Of a DNA stretch of 64,000 bases, positions 61,550 through 64,000 are shown one piece after another. The notes beneath the pieces are model-generated. The model did not search any database. It saw nothing but the letters and a program-made list of their open reading frames with translations, and had not been told where the DNA came from. Source of the stretch: an uncultured cyanobacterium (lineage in GTDB: Bacteria > Cyanobacteriota > Cyanobacteriia > Cyanobacteriales > CAWUOF01). Both the position numbers and the translations under genes were made by a program. Position 1 is the stretch's first letter. Every line of letters starts with the position of its first letter. Location of the stretch: the NCBI GenBank assembly GCA_963744145.1, contig CAVUSO010000001.1:6880001-6944000 (forward strand), read 5' to 3'.

Positions 61550-62014
61550 TTAATCTGTTTCTGCGGCCATAGCCCGGACAATATCCCCACGAGTAATAAT
61601 CCCAATCACTTTACCAGAGGAATCTAATACGGGTAATCGATGTACACTACGTTTGTGCATCAGACCTGCTGCTTCTGCTACAGATTTTTCTGAGGTGATC
61701 GTAATCGGATCTCCACTCATCACTTCTCCCACGGTTTGTCCTAGGGCTTTGTGTAGTTCTCGCTCGTAGCGATGGGGATTTTCCAAATAAATTACGCTAT
61801 CGAGCAACATCATATAGGCCGGTGGCTCTACTTCGGTGGCTCTCCACATTAGGTCAGTTTCCGAAATCACCCCGACTAAATTGCCTGAATCATCGACTAC
61901 GGGCAGACCGCTAATGCGTTTTTCTGCCAAAATTTTAATAGCCTCTTTTAAGGGTGTTTGAGGTTGGACTAAAATTGGCTCACGGCTCATGATGTCGGCG
62001 ACAGTTTTAGGCAT
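61550..62014 (-). CDS. CBS domain pair protein
   Basis: ISGLPVVD..GVISETD, RLPVLD..GIITRGD. Confidence 0.92.
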   Translation of the reverse strand: MPKTVADIMSREPILVQPQTPLKEAIKILAEKRISGLPVVDDSGNLVGVISETDLMWRATEVEPPAYMMLLDSVIYLENPHRYERELHKALGQTVGEVMSGDPITITSEKSVAEAAGLMHKRSVHRLPVLDSSGKVIGIITRGDIVRAMAAETD

Positions 62015-62105
62015 AGTTACTTAATACCTTTGATTGGCTTTCTGGGATCATCATAACCCTTGAGCAGACACAGCTTGAAAAAATTTGGATGGCGATTTGA
62101 TTACA

Positions 62106-62411
62106 ATGCCAGAAACTGATTCTCTCACTAAGTGCGTGATGGTGTGCCAACACCGTTCTTGTCTGCAAAACGGTTCGGCTGATGTTTTAAAGGCTTTTGC
62201 AACTGCAAAAATTCCTGGCTATGAAGTTAAAAGCAGTGATTGTCTATGTCAGTGTAGTTCTGGACCAACAGTCAGGATTACTCCAGAGGAAACTTGGTAT
62301 TGTCGGGTTAAACCAGATGCAGTACCTCTGATTATTGAACAACATCTTCAAGGTGGTAAACCAGTGGAAGCTTTACTTAATCCTCGAATCCATTTACGTT
62401 TTTCTATTTGA
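62106..62411 (+). CDS. Thioredoxin-like [2Fe-2S] ferredoxin
   Basis: CQHRSC, CLCQCSSGP, WY..V, IIEQHL.GG. Confidence 0.88.
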   Translation: MPETDSLTKCVMVCQHRSCLQNGSADVLKAFATAKIPGYEVKSSDCLCQCSSGPTVRITPEETWYCRVKPDAVPLIIEQHLQGGKPVEALLNPRIHLRFSI

Positions 62412-62643
62412 ATGTGGTTAATCAAGAATTTTGATGGATTATAGTATTTCCGAGAACTGTTAAGACCTCAGCCGTGGAAAGATGCTAATCAATTAACTAA
62501 AGAGTTAATACTTAGATTGGCTAAGTTGATTGGTTCTATTATTAATCCTAGCAAAATTGAACCGCTAAAAGTCTATGGTAAAGAACAATTTATTTTGCAG
62601 TTAAATTTAGAGCCGACTTTGAGCAAAAACCATCCCAATTACT

Positions 62644-62670
62644 TGTACGGGCGTATTCTTACGCCCCTTC
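62644..62670 (-). repeat. REP-like palindrome, same family as 21642-21670
   Basis: Reverse complement is gaaggggcgtaagaatacgcccgtaca. Confidence 0.75.
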
Positions 62671-62853
62671 AACCCTGGACTGGTGATGGCAGTTTAATTT
62701 TGTTCGGAGTATTGAGTTAGGAGACTTCAAATAATGGTAAAATATGCTAAACGGTTAGTTAAAAAACATCTTTGCTGAGATAACAATAAAATTATGCTGA
62801 TTTTGATTTCGGCCCTAGCTGACCCAAAATAACTAAAGTTAAGGAAAATTCCT

Positions 62854-64000
62854 ATGCACACAGGTTGGAGGATTGGGTCTTTGTTGGGAATTCCTATGTT
62901 TTTAGACCCTTCCTGGTTTATTATTTTAATCTTGTTTACTATTGCTAATGAACAAGTTTGGCAAATGCTCTACCCAAAATGGGGGTTAGTTCTCACTTGG
63001 AGTGCTGGACTGCTGATTTCTCTGTTAATGTTTGTTTCTGTGGTACTCCATGAACTTGGTCATAGTTTGGTAGCGCGATCGCAAGGAATCAAAGTCACCT
63101 CGATTACCCTATTTTTATTCGGTGGGATCGCTGCTATCGATCGAGAATCAAAAACACCAGGTGAAGCTTTACAAGTAGCGATCGCTGGACCAGTAGTAAG
63201 TTTGACTATATATGCTCTCCTAACTTTATTGGTTCAATTGATTCAATTACCAGAACCAGTTAGGGTTTTGACCAGAGATCTAGCTGATTTGAACCTGGTG
63301 TTAGGGATATTCAACCTAATTCCTGGTTTACCCTTAGATGGTGGTCAAGTTTTAAAAGCAATTGTTTGGAAAATCACTGGTAATCGTTTTCAAGGTGTAC
63401 ATTGGGCAGCTAGATCAGGTAAAGTTTTAGGTTGGGGTGCAATTTTAAGCGGACTAGGTGCATTTTTCCTAGGAGGTCGAGATGGTGTCGGTGGGTTATG
63501 GGTGGTCTTGTTAGGATGGTTTGCTGTTCGTAATGCTAATAATTATGACCATCTGACCGATCTCCAAGAAGCTTTGTTAAAATTAACAGCAGCCGAGGTA
63601 ATGACTCGCGATTTTCGAGTAGTAAATGCTAATTTGACCTTGCGGGAATTTGCCGATAATTACCTGTTAGAAGCGACTAAACCTCAAGTTTATTTTGCTG
63701 CTGCGGATGGTCGTTATCGTGGTCAAGTTTCAGCCCTAGATTTGCAATCAATTGAGCGGAGTCAATGGGAAATTCAACACTTACATCAGATTGTACATAC
63801 TTTAACGGAAATTATTAGTGTTTCTGAAAAAAATACCCTGGTTGAAGTAATTAATCGGATGGAAACCCATCAACTACGTCAAATTACAGTTCTTTCTCCT
63901 GCTGGTACGGTAGCTGGGATTATTGATCGGGGAGATATTGTGCAAGCTTTAGGAAATGACCTGGGAATGGAAATTTCGACCGTCGCGATCGCTCAGATTA
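62854..64000 (+). CDS. Site-2 protease (M50) with CBS domains, partial at the window end
   Basis: ATG at 62854; LHELGH, IAGP and NLIPGLPLDGG motifs; open to the end of the window. Confidence 0.93.
   Translation, partial: MHTGWRIGSLLGIPMFLDPSWFIILILFTIANEQVWQMLYPKWGLVLTWSAGLLISLLMFVSVVLHELGHSLVARSQGIKVTSITLFLFGGIAAIDRESKTPGEALQVAIAGPVVSLTIYALLTLLVQLIQLPEPVRVLTRDLADLNLVLGIFNLIPGLPLDGGQVLKAIVWKITGNRFQGVHWAARSGKVLGWGAILSGLGAFFLGGRDGVGGLWVVLLGWFAVRNANNYDHLTDLQEALLKLTAAEVMTRDFRVVNANLTLREFADNYLLEATKPQVYFAAADGRYRGQVSALDLQSIERSQWEIQHLHQIVHTLTEIISVSEKNTLVEVINRMETHQLRQITVLSPAGTVAGIIDRGDIVQALGNDLGMEISTVAIAQI

Noticed and set aside
62517..62720. 67-aa ORF as a real gene
   Set aside because: TTG start, no recognisable family, and its 3' part runs through a REP palindrome.

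Overview
AT-rich cyanobacterial chromosome segment. The assignment rests on photosystem I genes, petF, nblB and bvdR-like genes, and dense HIP1 GCGATCGC octamers; a filamentous Oscillatoriales-like host is my inference only. Core genes (rbfA, rplU-rpmA, hemB, tsaC-prmC, tRNA-Pro, tsaD, psaF-psaJ-psaL, gmk, two petF, nblB) flank a roughly 20-54 kb accessory region showing heavy decay. The most striking signal is absent from the ORF track: two complete, tandem ribosome-dependent attenuator-like modules upstream of a short-form DAHP synthase. Each has an aromatic-rich leader peptide (MPTSNYYFYFWHRSVHRE; MTTNLNHWFFSFYYWLRNSSG), an antiterminator pairing and an intrinsic terminator. Other notable items: an orphan omega/HEARO RNA with a truncated iscB stub; a shattered type III CRISPR locus (Csx7/Csx10 chimeras, frameshifted CARF-HEPN gene, two degenerate repeats); a HigA-HigB fusion; a 9-bp direct-repeat motif shared by two divergent promoters near an HTH-STAND ATPase; about 34 His-containing heptad repeats in a DUF4912 protein; an IS605-type end just upstream of petF2; and several MITE/REP families, two of them inserted in frame inside genes. 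All family assignments come from recognising motifs by eye, not from database searches.
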